A stretch of DNA of 64,000 bases from Trueperaceae bacterium (GTDB taxonomy: Bacteria; Deinococcota; Deinococci; Deinococcales; Trueperaceae): positions 3,904,001 to 3,968,000 of the forward strand of contig OZ243956.1 in the NCBI GenBank assembly GCA_965214405.1, in the 5' to 3' direction. Positions 19,847 through 32,122 of this stretch are shown piece by piece. The position numbers and the translations under genes were made by a program. A model generated the notes under the pieces. That model was given only the letters and a program-made list of their open reading frames with translations, had not been told where the DNA came from and did not search any database. The number at the start of each line of letters is the position of its first letter. The first letter of the stretch is position 1.

Positions 19847-21223
19847 GGGTGCAACATTTCCTACGGGGATAAAGCAGCAAGGGAAAAGGCGTTGAAGCGT
19901 AAGGTGTCAAAGTCAATGAGCGGATGCTTGGCACAAGTTTGGGCTCTTAAGGAGGCCATGCCAGCGGCGCCCGTTTCAGACCAACGCATACCGCTTCTTT
20001 TCAGGCGGTTTCCGATAACGCTTTTGTTCATCCCTTCAACTTGACCGGAGCCGATGGGGTAGCCTTCGGCTTTGTAAAGGGGGTAGTCCATAGAGTCGAG
20101 GCGTTTCTCAAGGTAGTGAAGAGCTGTGACGGCCTTCTCGCTCCAGGTGAGCCAGCATTCAGGGCTGGGTAGATGCTGTTTAAGCCAGTCCCGAGCGGAG
20201 ATATCAGCCCTGTACCAGTCTCGCCTGTGAGAAGCGCGCGTTTGTTCATCCCAGTCCATAGCTTGCATGACAAGGTCGAGATACTCAGCGGCGTGATAAA
20301 CATCGGTAATTCTCAGCGCGCCTAAGTAGCTAAAGATGGTGTCAATCCAAGCTGCGCCGTCGCCTAAGCCGATAAGGGTGTCTTGGGGCGTGAGCTTGGC
20401 TTCCGTAAGTAGACCGGCCAGCAGGGGTAAGAACGCCTCTGCCGAACATCTGTCGGCTAGCATCCACCTCTCGCCGGGGCTGTTTTGTGGATAAAGCACG
20501 GCTGACTTTATCTCTAGGCCGGGGCAACAACCCGCTTCAGGCTGAGCCAACACGTACACGCCGTCAACCTGCAAAACCATCACGCGGCCTGCCGACTTCA
20601 TTGACTGGGGTCGGGTTTCCTCGCACACCTTGTCCGTTTTGCCCTCTGCGCCTTGAAGCCGCTTCAACACCTCGCTTTGGCAGCTCTCGGCACAAGCCGC
20701 GCTCATGTCGTTGAGCAAGAAACGACTGGCGTCAAGACCGAAGCACTGTGCCACAGCCGCGGCCTCTTCATAGGGTAAGCGTGTGCCCAAGTCAACCAGA
20801 CGCACCAAAGCTTCAGGACTCCAGCCTGATTCGTCCAACGCCGCATCGAGATAGATTTGCCGCTGCTTACCGGCTTTAGTTTTCAGACGTTGAACTAAAA
20901 CTTCGACTCGGCCCCAGCTTGTACTGACATAACTCCAACCGACGCCGTTGCGCCAGTAGCCTTTAGGTACTTCTTTCTTCTCCGGGGGAAAAATCTTTAG
21001 AAGCCGCCAAACCTTCTAAGGTACTCCGCATGATCTCGGGCGAAAACTTCATTACCGCCCTTTCCATATCCGCAAAGTTGGCGTTCGGCGGCAGGGTCGC
21101 CTTTATGTCCTCGATATACCTCTCGAATGCCGCCCTTGCTTTCTCTTCCCAGCCTGGCTTGTCCATGCGCCAGTTTACTTCCCCTATAGCTCCTTTTCTA
21201 TCCCCTTTAGCAATGTTGCACCC
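19847..21223 (-). mobile_element. ISKra4-like insertion sequence
   Basis: Ends read GGGTGCAACATTTCCTACGGGGATA and (revcomp) GGGTGCAACATTGCTAAAGGGGATA; possible 3-bp TSD GCC. Confidence 0.85.
19861..21166 (-). CDS. ISKra4-type transposase in two overlapping frames joined at T5C5
   Basis: ORF1 20963-21166 (MDKPGWEE...DFSPG); second frame is open from ~21000 to 19861 with VDG, GDGAAWI, DVYHAAEYL, IGSGQVEG, RLKRSGMRW. Confidence 0.85.
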
Positions 21224-21248
21224 GCCCATAACCCGAAACGCATCGGCA

Positions 21249-21277
21249 TTGACGCTGAAACCCGGAGGATGTAAACT
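21249..21277 (+). promoter_or_regulatory. Sigma70-type promoter of pyr operon
   Basis: TTGACG-17 nt-TAAACT. Confidence 0.7.
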
Positions 21278-21282
21278 CAGCA

Positions 21283-21380
21283 GACTTTAATTTGGCCCCG
21301 CGAGGCCGGAAAGGAACCCTATGAACCGAAGCCGGAAGGATTCAACACACGTTTGCGCCGCCCCGTCGGCGTTTTTTTAT
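21283..21380 (+). promoter_or_regulatory. PyrR-binding attenuator leader with terminator
   Basis: CTTTAAtttGGCCCCGCGAGGCCGGAAAGG resembles the PyrR binding loop; terminator GCGCCG...CGGCG-T7 at 21355-21378; directly upstream of pyrR. Confidence 0.85.
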
Positions 21381-21403
21381 GACATTTTTTCATGGCAGGA
21401 TAG

Positions 21404-22902
<1,499 letters not shown>

Positions 22903-23060
22903 TGTCTCTGTCTCTTGTGCTCGAGCACGTTTGAAGATGGGCGTCAGCAGCTTTGTAGAAGTTGAGGGGGACGGCACAACGTTTTCTCCAAAGCTGCGCG
23001 GCAACACCCACGCGCCAAACAGTTGAGCATTTCACCTGAGACAGATTTTAAGGAGCGAGC

Positions 23061-24341
23061 ATGTCCAGAATACGCATCCAGAACGCGCGGCTTGACGACT
23101 CGAGCGGCGACCACATTGACCTCTACTTAAAAGATGGCCTCATCGAAGGCTTTGACTTAGAGGGCGACGTGGACGAAACCTTTGACGCGGCGGGCGGGCT
23201 CGTCACGCCTGCGTTTATCGACCTCCACACCCACCTGCGCGAGCCGGGGGGCGAGGTCAAAGAGGACTTGCGTTCGGGGCTCTCGGCGGCGGCGGCGGGC
23301 GGATACGGTACGGTCGTCAGCATGGCGAATACGAGTCCGGTGGTGGATGAGGCGGGCTTGGTCTCGAGCCTCATCCAGAAAGCTGAGCGGGTCGGGGGCG
23401 CGCGGCTGCGTCCGGCGGCGGCGCTTAGCTTAGGGCTTAGAGGTGAGCGGCTGGCCGACTTTGCCGCGCTCAAAGAGGCGGGCGCGGTCATGATCACCGA
23501 CGACGGCGTGCCCGTGACCGACGGTCACCTCATGCGCCGTGCGTGCGAGTACGCAGCGTCTTTGGGGCTGGTCGTCCAGACGCACTCCGAAGACCCGACG
23601 CTGCGGCAAGACGGGGTGATGAATGAGGGTGCCGTGAGCTACCACTTGGGTCTGCCGGGCAATCCGGTGGCCGCCGAGGCCGCCATGATCTACCGCGACT
23701 GCGAGATCGCGCAGCTCACGGGGGCGCGGGTTCACATCGCGCACGTGTCGTCGCAACGGGGAATGCGGGTGGTGGAATGGTTCAAGGCGCAGGGTGCCCC
23801 GGTCACCGCCGAGGTGACGCCCCACCATCTCACCCTGACGGACGAGGCGCTGACCGGCTTTGATCCCCTCTACAAAGTAGCGCCGCCGCTACGCACGCAA
23901 GAGGACGTAGATTACTTGCGGGACGCGGTGAAGCGCGGCGTGGTCGACTGCATCGGCACCGACCACGCGCCCCACACGCGGGCCGAAAAGGAGCGGGACA
24001 TGTTGGAGGCTCCTTTCGGCATCGCCAACATCGAAGTCGCCTTTCCGCTTCTTTACACCCGGCTTGTGCTGACGGAAAAACTTAGCCTGGCGGCGCTGCT
24101 GGGGCTTTTCCAGCGCGGCCCCGCGGAGGTGATGGGCTGGCCCGTTCCGACCCTGGACGTTGGTCAACCTGCCGACGTGGTCGTGCTCGATTTGGACGGG
24201 GCTCGAGCCGTTAACCCCGCGACCTTTGAGAGCAAAGCCAAATTCAGCCCCTGGGCGGGCGAACGTTTGCAGGGCTGGCCCGTCGCCACCTTTGTGCGGG
24301 GTGAGCGGGTGTCACGGCCTTTTGCCCAAAGCGTCAAGTAG
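23061..24341 (+). CDS. pyrC: Dihydroorotase
   Basis: DLHTHLREPG, EVTPHHL, GTDHAPH. Confidence 0.95.
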   Translation: MSRIRIQNARLDDSSGDHIDLYLKDGLIEGFDLEGDVDETFDAAGGLVTPAFIDLHTHLREPGGEVKEDLRSGLSAAAAGGYGTVVSMANTSPVVDEAGLVSSLIQKAERVGGARLRPAAALSLGLRGERLADFAALKEAGAVMITDDGVPVTDGHLMRRACEYAASLGLVVQTHSEDPTLRQDGVMNEGAVSYHLGLPGNPVAAEAAMIYRDCEIAQLTGARVHIAHVSSQRGMRVVEWFKAQGAPVTAEVTPHHLTLTDEALTGFDPLYKVAPPLRTQEDVDYLRDAVKRGVVDCIGTDHAPHTRAEKERDMLEAPFGIANIEVAFPLLYTRLVLTEKLSLAALLGLFQRGPAEVMGWPVPTLDVGQPADVVVLDLDGARAVNPATFESKAKFSPWAGERLQGWPVATFVRGERVSRPFAQSVK

Positions 24342-24523
24342 GCTGCAGTGTGGTGAATGAAAGGTGACGTGTAAGCTCGAGGGCTCTTCCCTCCACAAGA
24401 CAAAGCGTAATCCAGGCTGGTTCTTTAACCATTTCGCCTAATGAGCAGGTTGAGCGGAGGACACTCAAGTTTTTTGCATAGTGGGTCACAGGGCTTTCTG
24501 AAAGGATAGAGTACAATGGGTTC

Positions 24524-25183
24524 ATGACATCATCGTTTAATGCCCCCCTGCTCCCCTCGCAACCGTTCTCGCCGCTCCTCCCTGAGGCGCGCGACTACCC
24601 CCTACGCGAGCTTCACAAGGGCGACGCGCTCTACCGCGTCGGCGACCCCGCCGATACGGTGTACCGGGTTGAGGAAGGGCTGCTCAAACTCAGTATCGAC
24701 CTCGTCACGGGCAAAGAACGCATCATCGGCGTGGCGGGTCCCGGCGACCTTGTCGGCGCGCTCACGCCGCTCTACGCCACCTTTGAAGAGGGCGCGGAGG
24801 CGCTCTCCCCGCGCGTTCGCGTTCGCGTCATGCCCCGCGACGAGGTGCGGGAAACCTTGAATGATGACCTCCTCGCCGCCGCCGGTCTCCAGTTGTCGCG
24901 CCTGCGCGAGTCTTTAGAAGACACCGAACTGCCCGTCAACGCCCGCCTCGCCCGAACCTTTGTGCGTTTGGGTGAGCGCTTCGGCCACGTCTCTGACGAC
25001 GGCGTCCGCCTGACGCTGCCCCTGACACACGATAACTTCGCGGCGATGGTGGGCGCGGCCCGCGAAACAACGACGGCGGTGCTGAGCGAAATGCGCGACG
25101 ACGGTGTGTTGAGCGGCACCCGCGGGCGCTACAGCTTCGACCCGACCGAGCTGAGCAACTTCGCCCTTTCAGCAGCGTTCTAA
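24524..25183 (+). CDS. Crp/Fnr family transcriptional regulator
   Basis: cNMP-binding-like N-terminus; LTHDNFAAMVGAARETTT HTH; TACAAT 6 nt before ATG. Confidence 0.9.
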   Translation: MTSSFNAPLLPSQPFSPLLPEARDYPLRELHKGDALYRVGDPADTVYRVEEGLLKLSIDLVTGKERIIGVAGPGDLVGALTPLYATFEEGAEALSPRVRVRVMPRDEVRETLNDDLLAAAGLQLSRLRESLEDTELPVNARLARTFVRLGERFGHVSDDGVRLTLPLTHDNFAAMVGAARETTTAVLSEMRDDGVLSGTRGRYSFDPTELSNFALSAAF

Positions 25184-25237
25184 ATTTTTCAGGTGGCGCT
25201 TTAGCAGAGTTTTGCCGCCTCAAAATGTAAACGTGAT

Positions 25238-25270
25238 TCACCGGCTCTGTTTGTAGAGCCGGTGGAGTTT
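25238..25270. terminator. Intrinsic terminator hairpin
   Basis: CACCGGCTCT...AGAGCCGGTG followed by GAGTTTT, between convergent genes. Confidence 0.65.
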
Positions 25271-25288
25271 TAGCGTTAAATCAGGAGA

Positions 25289-27112
25289 CTAAATTAAGAG
25301 CCGCACGGGGGAAGCTAGAAGTTCAGCTACGCATGTTAAGAACTCAGCACCCCAACTGGGCGCGACGTCGCCTGAGAGTGAGAGCGCGCCCATAGAGTCT
25401 TCTGCAGCGCCCACGCGGCTTAGCGCCAGCACGGGCGCGCTGAGGTTGAGCATGACTTCATCTAGGCTGTAGCGCGACATATCGGCCACGATTAAGTCGG
25501 CTGGTACGTCATCTTCTTGCGCGGCGTCTTGCTGAGTAGTGTCAACCATCTCTAACAGCGTCACAAAAGACGCGTCAACGTCGGGCACTATCTTGACGCG
25601 AAGCGCGTCAGCGGACACAACGGCCAGCGCAACCGCCGCTTCTGAAGGTTCTGCCGAGGACGCCGCTAAGGGCACCCTGTGTAGCGCCTTGAGGGCTGCG
25701 CGGAGCAAGAAAGCCGTCGGGGGCACCTCCCCGTTCACTTCTAAGCCGATGGCCCGCTGAGTCTCGAGCAGCGCCGCCAAGTCCAGGTGACGCCGCAACA
25801 GAACATAGGGCGCAACGGGAACCCCATTAGGCAAACCGTCCGCTTTAGGGAGAGCAGGCGCGGGTGGGGCGCTGTCGGACGTGGGAGACGCCGCTTCCGC
25901 ACGCCCGCTAGAGTCAAGTTCGTTTTCCGTAGAGGCGGCCCTATCGTCAAGCTTTGGATCAAGCTCCGGCATAAAAGCTCGAGCAAATTCCTGCGGGACG
26001 GGCGCGCTCTCGCCGGAGGTCTCTGAGTAAGCCTCTGACGCGCCCTCGAGGCCTTCAAACTCAAACGCGTCGTCCTCTTGAGCCTCAGGTGCGTCTTCAG
26101 CACCAAACGCTTCCTCGTCACCAACTTCGTCCGACTCGCCACCGAACGCCCTGGCTTCGCTCGAGTCGGTGCTGCCTTCGTCTTCTATAAAACCAGCGTC
26201 ACGCGAGAAAGAGGTGTCGGGAGTCGGGGGCGCGTCAAAAAGGAAAACGTCTGCGTCGGCTTCAGCGGGGGAAACGTCGGACGCGTGCGTCTCCGGCTCG
26301 AATAGTTCGGGTTCAAATGCTTCGGTGTCAAATGCTTTAGTGTCAAATGCCTCAGCTTCAGATGTTCCGGCTTTACGCGCCTCAGCCTCGAGAGGTTCCG
26401 CCTCGAGCCCTCCCACATCAAATGCGTCTGTCGACGCGTCTTCTTCAGCATCCTCGCTTTCAAACGCTCCAAAATCTCCTGCCGGTGTTTTTGCGGAAGC
26501 GCCAAAGCGTGTCCCAGCGCTCTCGTCGCCAAAAAGCATCTCCTCGGGAAGGTTATCCACCTTGTAAGCATCCGCTTCGTGGACGCCTGCTTTGTGAGTA
26601 CCTGCCTCGTAGACGTTACTGCTGTAAACGCCTTCACCGTCAACATCCATATCGTGCGTGTTCTTGTAACCAGCTCCAAAATCATCCTCGAGCTCGTCCG
26701 TTACAAAAATATCGTCGGAGAGAGCTTCGGTGAAGTTGAATCCGGTGAGGTCCTCCTCCGGCTCCACTGACCCTGCCCTCGCACCGTCCACTGGTGGAAA
26801 CTCAAGGGCGTCCTCAAACGCGTCCAGTTCCAGCAGCGCCTCTCCAAACTCGTCTTCCGTTGTGACGTTTTGTTCGCCTAGATGATTGACGGTGTCTAGA
26901 ACGTCGATATCTTCCGGCCACGTATCTACCCCCTCCGGCAAGGGCTCGAGGACGGGGTCGGTGGCCGCCTCGCCGGACATGACCCTGGCGAGATACTCGA
27001 GCACGTCGCGTTCAACCACCCGGCCCGAGGGGCCGCTGCCCTCTAGGAGGTGCCAGCTCACGTTGTTTTCTTCGGCCAGCCGCTTGGCAAGTGGGGATAT
27101 GGAGGATTCCAT
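25289..27112 (-). CDS. E3-binding-domain protein with long acidic linker and degenerate acyltransferase-like C-terminus
   Basis: ISPLAKRLAEENNV...GSGPSGRVVERDV (PSBD); D/E-rich middle; C-terminus GAEFLTCVAELLASPVRLLI resembles the E2 end; RBS AAGGAG before ATG 27112. Confidence 0.8.
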   Translation of the reverse strand: MESSISPLAKRLAEENNVSWHLLEGSGPSGRVVERDVLEYLARVMSGEAATDPVLEPLPEGVDTWPEDIDVLDTVNHLGEQNVTTEDEFGEALLELDAFEDALEFPPVDGARAGSVEPEEDLTGFNFTEALSDDIFVTDELEDDFGAGYKNTHDMDVDGEGVYSSNVYEAGTHKAGVHEADAYKVDNLPEEMLFGDESAGTRFGASAKTPAGDFGAFESEDAEEDASTDAFDVGGLEAEPLEAEARKAGTSEAEAFDTKAFDTEAFEPELFEPETHASDVSPAEADADVFLFDAPPTPDTSFSRDAGFIEDEGSTDSSEARAFGGESDEVGDEEAFGAEDAPEAQEDDAFEFEGLEGASEAYSETSGESAPVPQEFARAFMPELDPKLDDRAASTENELDSSGRAEAASPTSDSAPPAPALPKADGLPNGVPVAPYVLLRRHLDLAALLETQRAIGLEVNGEVPPTAFLLRAALKALHRVPLAASSAEPSEAAVALAVVSADALRVKIVPDVDASFVTLLEMVDTTQQDAAQEDDVPADLIVADMSRYSLDEVMLNLSAPVLALSRVGAAEDSMGALSLSGDVAPSWGAEFLTCVAELLASPVRLLI

Positions 27113-27353
27113 CAGCGTCTCCTTTGAGGGGTGTGGTGAGAATGAAAGAAGCCGCTCGAGGCTCCTGGTATCCTCCAAGTCTGTTCCTCCCGCCCCAGTT
27201 ATGCAGCGAAGATTCCCACTCCTCTACGGTAAATTTCACGCCCTGACCACAAACTTTACGGCGGTTTACACGGTGGTTTTCGTAAAAATGAGGCTAAAGG
27301 GTGTGGACACCACTCTTCAATCTGACAAGACGCTACCTGCTAAACTGAACTCT

Positions 27354-27671
27354 ATGAAAACCGTGAGCGTTTCCGCTTTCCGTCAGGCCCTTGCGGAGGG
27401 CGCGGCTGCCTTCGACACGCGCGCGTCCGCCCGTTATCAGCAAGACGGTTTATCCGGAGTCGCGCACCTCCCGCTAGAAGCTGTCCAGGCGGGCGCGCTC
27501 CCCGACGTTCCAAAAGAGGCGGCGGTCTACCTTATTTGTGAACGCGGGCAGATGAGCGAACTTGCGGGGCTGTATTTAGAGGCCGCCGGGTTCAGCGAGG
27601 TTTATAACGTGGCGGGGGGGATGCTCGAGTGGCGGCGAGACGAAGAAGTTAAGAAAGGCGGGTTGCACTGA
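27354..27671 (+). CDS. Rhodanese-like domain protein
   Basis: YLICERGQMS active-site loop, VYNVAGGMLEW; TAAACT 7 nt before ATG. Confidence 0.88.
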   Translation: MKTVSVSAFRQALAEGAAAFDTRASARYQQDGLSGVAHLPLEAVQAGALPDVPKEAAVYLICERGQMSELAGLYLEAAGFSEVYNVAGGMLEWRRDEEVKKGGLH

Positions 27672-27816
27672 TATTCGCTGTTCATGAATCGCTCGAGCTC
27701 GTCATAGACGTAGCAAGCTTGAAGCTTTCTCCTTGCTATCTACTTCTTGCTCCTACTTCTCTTATTTACTCAACCCGCTCGGCTACGCCAAAGCGTTAAC
27801 GGAATCCAGCAAGCAC

Positions 27817-29169
27817 TTAAGGACTCCAGCCCAAGTAGAGTTCGTTGTTAATATAAATCTGCAAAGTCGCCTTGCCGTAAACTGTAACGCGGGTGTTCAC
27901 GCTTTCGCTCGCCGCGTAGGCGCGGTCTATCACCGTGCGCTCGCCCTGGGCGTCGTTCACGACCAGGCGAAACTCGTACGCGTCCTCCCCGCGCGTGATG
28001 CCCGACGTTGTCGGGTCAAAGGTGATGGGTACGCTCCAGGCGCTCCCGTCGCCCTCCGCGACGTCCGGGTTGCTGCTAAATCCCGTGCTCGTCCCGGTGT
28101 TTAGACTCTGGTCTCGGGGCGTCACCTGAAACTCGGTCTGGAAAGCAGCGCCACCCGTGAGCGCGGCGTTTTCTCCCGTGGCGGCTCCGTTGACGGTGAG
28201 GCGGACGGGGCTCCCGCGCAGGGTGTAGCCTGAGGGCGTCACCTCGACCACGCCCGAGGGCCGTGCGGGGTCACTGATATAAGTCACGCCGCCGCCCGAC
28301 ACGCCGAGCCCCGCCGCCTGCAGGACCAACTGGGCGCGCTGGAGCGTGTTTCCCGTAACCTGGGGCACTTGCACCACCTCGCGCCCGGAGAGTGCGTAAG
28401 AAAGTGTGACGGTCGCACTTACGGGCACGCTCTCGCCCGCGGCGGGTTGTTGCGCGTTCACCGTGCCGGGTTGATTAAAGGACACGTCTGTGGCGAGCGT
28501 TTCGACCCGGCGCACGCCGAGCGCTTTCAAACGCTCGCGCGCCTCCATCACGTTCATCCCGCGGAGGTCGGGCAGCGTGATGGTGCTCAGTGCGGGACCG
28601 CGGCTTTCTACTATGTCTACGCTCTCACCCGAGGTGAGCGTTTCGCCCGCGGGGGGCGTTTGCGCGATGATGGTGCCCTGAGGCTGCTCGCTATAGGCGT
28701 AACTCGTGCTGCCCAAGAGCAGGCTTAAGTCCCCCAGCAGCGTCTCCACCTCCGCGTCACGCCGCCCGACGAGCGAGGGCACGCGGACGTCCTTGGGCGG
28801 CGTGTACACGCCAATCCCCACGCCCCGCCCCGCCCGCACCCGCTCCCCCGGCGGCGGGTTCTGCGAAGTCACGCTGTCGATTTGAGCACCCGGAACGCTT
28901 TCTGGATAGGACGTTACGGTAAGCCCGAGCCGCCGCAACGTCACAAAAGCGTCATCGACGCTCATGCCCACCACGTCAGGCAGGCTCACCTCCTCGACGT
29001 TGAGGTAGCGAACGATAAGTAGTGTGGTGAAAGCGGAGGCGGCCACCAGCAAAAGCCCGAACAGGAGCAGGCGAACACGCCCTCTGAGGCCGCCCCCTGG
29101 GGTCGGCGCGGATGCGCCCGTGCGCGCCTCACGCGCGCGTACCCTCCGAAGTTGCGAACGGCTCTCCAC
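27817..29169 (-). CDS. PASTA-domain membrane protein (no kinase domain)
   Basis: One TM then ~4 PASTA repeats (LPDVVGM, VPSLVGR, LPDLRGM, VPQVTGN). Confidence 0.88.
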   Translation of the reverse strand: MESRSQLRRVRAREARTGASAPTPGGGLRGRVRLLLFGLLLVAASAFTTLLIVRYLNVEEVSLPDVVGMSVDDAFVTLRRLGLTVTSYPESVPGAQIDSVTSQNPPPGERVRAGRGVGIGVYTPPKDVRVPSLVGRRDAEVETLLGDLSLLLGSTSYAYSEQPQGTIIAQTPPAGETLTSGESVDIVESRGPALSTITLPDLRGMNVMEARERLKALGVRRVETLATDVSFNQPGTVNAQQPAAGESVPVSATVTLSYALSGREVVQVPQVTGNTLQRAQLVLQAAGLGVSGGGVTYISDPARPSGVVEVTPSGYTLRGSPVRLTVNGAATGENAALTGGAAFQTEFQVTPRDQSLNTGTSTGFSSNPDVAEGDGSAWSVPITFDPTTSGITRGEDAYEFRLVVNDAQGERTVIDRAYAASESVNTRVTVYGKATLQIYINNELYLGWSP

Positions 29170-29331
29170 AAGAAAAGTTTATCACGCGCGCGGCGGGCCG
29201 GGTGAGAGGTGCGCACCCCAATGAGCGTTGTTAGATCGAGCCTCAGTCGAGACGTGTGGCAGTCCACCTTTAGCGCGTCCTTTCTATGCTATAAATAAAC
29301 GAGTAGTAAGAGCGTTCTGCGCTTCAGGAGG

Positions 29332-29742
29332 ATGCACATGCAAGTAGTACAGACTGAAACAACAGGTGAAACAGCGAGGCTGACAGTTACAGAGGCGGCG
29401 GCCAGAAAAGCGGCTGAACTTCTCTCCGCGCATGGCAAAGAAGACGCGGCCATCCGCGTGTTCGTCAAGTCGGGCGGCTGCAGCGGCTACTCGTACGGCA
29501 TGGCGATTGACGACCGCATGTTGGAAGACGACAACCTTTTTGAAGACCGCGGCGTGCGTATCGTGGTGGACAAGATGAGCTTGCCCCTGCTCAAGGGCTC
29601 GCAGGTGGACTACATCGAGAACATGATGGGCGGCGGTTTCAGCGTCAACAACCCCAACGCCACGAGCGCGTGCGGCTGCGGCAGCTCGTTCCGCACGGAC
29701 GGCGCGTCCGCTCCTGATGGAGAGTCAGCGAGCTGTCACTAG
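29332..29742 (+). CDS. Fe-S cluster assembly accessory protein (HesB/IscA/ErpA family)
   Basis: GGCSGYSY and CGCGSSF motifs. Confidence 0.95.
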   Translation: MHMQVVQTETTGETARLTVTEAAARKAAELLSAHGKEDAAIRVFVKSGGCSGYSYGMAIDDRMLEDDNLFEDRGVRIVVDKMSLPLLKGSQVDYIENMMGGGFSVNNPNATSACGCGSSFRTDGASAPDGESASCH

Positions 29743-29768
29743 ATTCTGAGTAAACTAAACTTGGTGAG

Positions 29769-29805
29769 AGGAGAGGCGTTCTGAAACGCCTCTCCTTTGT
29801 TTTTG
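29769..29805 (+). terminator. Intrinsic terminator
   Basis: AGGAGAGGCGTT-ctga-AACGCCTCTCCT followed by T-tract. Confidence 0.85.
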
Positions 29806-29813
29806 CTGGGGTT

Positions 29814-30632
29814 TTAACGGGTCAGGTAGCGCCCTAAAAACGCCTCAATTTCCCCTAGCACAGCCTCGTCGGGCGACCCGTTTAATAACTCGGTATGCCC
29901 GCCGCGCATCTTTACAAATTCTTTTGGCTCCCCGGCAAGAGCATAAAGTGTTTCGCCCTGCGCGAAGGGTACCGTTCGGTCCATTGGAGAATGGACAAAA
30001 AGAACCGGCGCGTTCACCCTCTCGATTTTGCTCTGCGAGTCAAAGCGGTTGTGCATCAAAAAACGCGGCACGACGCGGTAGAGCTCTCTGGCTACGTCAG
30101 GAATAGAGGTGTAACCTGCCTCGACGACGAGCGCCCCCACCTCAACCTTGCTCGCCAAATCCACCGCGACGCCCGAGCCGAGCGAGAAACCATATATCCC
30201 GATGCGCTCCGGGGCAATACCCTGCCCAATCACATACCGATAAGCCGTGCGCGCGTCCTCGAACAGACCCGTTTCGCTGGGGACGCCCCCACTCTCGCCG
30301 TAGCCGCGGTACTCGAGCATCAGCACATTAAAGCCGAAGTTGTGCAAGGCGCTTGTGAACGACAGGTAATCCGCAATGTTCCCGCCGTTGCCGTGAAAAT
30401 AGAGGAGCCAGGGCGCGGTCTCGTTATCAACATCAGGATAGGGTAGCGCCCAGGCCATGAGTTTCACGCCATCCGCGGTGGTGAGGGTGAGGCGTTCGTA
30501 CTCGAGCCCGAAATCAGCGGGCGTGGCGGTGAGCGTACGCGATTCGGGGCGCGCGCCGAAGAAGACGAGGCGGTTCTCGAGCGGGAGCAGCCAACCCCCA
30601 AACGTGGTCAACAGGAGGGTGGACAGAATCAA
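29814..30632 (-). CDS. Alpha/beta hydrolase
   Basis: [20 protein letters not shown] nucleophile, GGH. Confidence 0.9.
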   Translation of the reverse strand: MILSTLLLTTFGGWLLPLENRLVFFGARPESRTLTATPADFGLEYERLTLTTADGVKLMAWALPYPDVDNETAPWLLYFHGNGGNIADYLSFTSALHNFGFNVLMLEYRGYGESGGVPSETGLFEDARTAYRYVIGQGIAPERIGIYGFSLGSGVAVDLASKVEVGALVVEAGYTSIPDVARELYRVVPRFLMHNRFDSQSKIERVNAPVLFVHSPMDRTVPFAQGETLYALAGEPKEFVKMRGGHTELLNGSPDEAVLGEIEAFLGRYLTR

Positions 30633-32122
30633 CGTGTCTCTCTTTCGTGCGGCTCAAAGCGCAGCACGGGGTTACGCGCGGCGCTTACCTCGTCTAAGCG
30701 GCGTACCGGGGTGGTATAGGGGGCGTTTTTGAGAAAGTCGGGGTCTTCTTTCGCGCGCTTTAAGATGTCCACGAGCACGTCTACATAGGCGTCTAAGGTC
30801 TCGAGCGACTCCGTCTCGGTAGGTTCAAACATCATCGCCTCTTTGACGACCAACGGAAAATACATCGTCATCGGGTGGACGCCGTAGTCGAGCATCGCCT
30901 TGGCGAGGTCGAGCGTTTTGAGCCCCTTGGGCGGCTGCGCGACGAACTCGTGCATGTTGAGGCGGTCAAAGGCGATGGTGAAACCCGCCTCTTGCATCTT
31001 GACCCGCAGATAGTTGGCGTTGAGCACCGCCATCGTGGAGACGCCGATAAGTCCTTCCTTACCGAGCGCCCGGATGTAGGTGTAGGCGCGCACCAGATTG
31101 CCGAAGTTGCCGTAGAACGAGCGCATCCGGCCAATCGAACGGGGCAGGTCGTAGTCAAAGTCGAAACGTTCGTCTTCACATTTAATGAGAGGCGCGGGCA
31201 AAAACTCGCGCAGGTGCGCCTTGACGCCCACGGGGCCGGTGCCGGGGCCGCCGCCGCCGTGGGGGGTGGTGAATGTTTTGTGGAGGTTGAGATGCACCAC
31301 GTCGAAGCCCATATCGCCGGGCCGGGCGCGGCCTAGAATCGCGTTGGTGTTGGCCCCGTCATAGTAAAGTTGCGCGCCGACCTCGTGCGCGAGCGTAGCA
31401 ATCTCCAAAATGTTCGTCTCAAAAAGCCCCAGCGTGTTGGGGTTGGTCAGCATCACCGCGGCGACGTGTGGGCCGAGCGCCTCCTGAAAGGCGTCTAAAT
31501 CCACCTCGCCTTTATCACCTGTCGGCACTTCCACCACGTCGTAACCGACCATCGCGGCGGTGGCGGGATTCGTGCCGTGCGCCGCGTCGGGCACGATGAC
31601 GACGCGGCGTTGCGCGTCCTCGCCATTGGTCTCGTGATACGCGCGGATGATGAGGATGCCCGTCAGTTCGCCGTGCGCGCCCGCGGCGGGCTGGAGACTG
31701 ACCGCGTCCATCCCGGTGATTTCCCCTAAGTCGTGCTGAAGGTTGTAGAGAAGCTCCAACGCGCCCTGCACTGTGTCCGGGTCTTGATACGGGTGCAGCT
31801 CGTCAAAAAGCTTCGCCGCCTCCTCGTTGACCTTGGGGTTGTATTTCATCGTGCAACTCCCCAGCGGGTAGGGGTTGCCGTCAATCGAAAACTGCCGGTG
31901 CGCGAGCCCTGTGTAATGCCGGACGAGCTCGAGTTCCGACACCTCGGGAAGGCGCGGGGGCGCGTCCCGCAAGTTTTCTTCTCCCAAAAGCGTCGCCACA
32001 TCAACCTCTTTGGGTTCGGGGGGACGGGCGGCCCGGCGGCCTCTTTGGGAGCGTTCAAAGATGAGGGGGAAGTCGCTTGTTTTTTGCACCTTCTCAGCGG
32101 GTTTGGTCAGCACGTCAGCCAT
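30629..32122 (-). CDS. gcvPB: Glycine dehydrogenase subunit 2
   Basis: [30 protein letters not shown] 32122. Confidence 0.96.
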   Translation of the reverse strand: MADVLTKPAEKVQKTSDFPLIFERSQRGRRAARPPEPKEVDVATLLGEENLRDAPPRLPEVSELELVRHYTGLAHRQFSIDGNPYPLGSCTMKYNPKVNEEAAKLFDELHPYQDPDTVQGALELLYNLQHDLGEITGMDAVSLQPAAGAHGELTGILIIRAYHETNGEDAQRRVVIVPDAAHGTNPATAAMVGYDVVEVPTGDKGEVDLDAFQEALGPHVAAVMLTNPNTLGLFETNILEIATLAHEVGAQLYYDGANTNAILGRARPGDMGFDVVHLNLHKTFTTPHGGGGPGTGPVGVKAHLREFLPAPLIKCEDERFDFDYDLPRSIGRMRSFYGNFGNLVRAYTYIRALGKEGLIGVSTMAVLNANYLRVKMQEAGFTIAFDRLNMHEFVAQPPKGLKTLDLAKAMLDYGVHPMTMYFPLVVKEAMMFEPTETESLETLDAYVDVLVDILKRAKEDPDFLKNAPYTTPVRRLDEVSAARNPVLRFEPHERETR

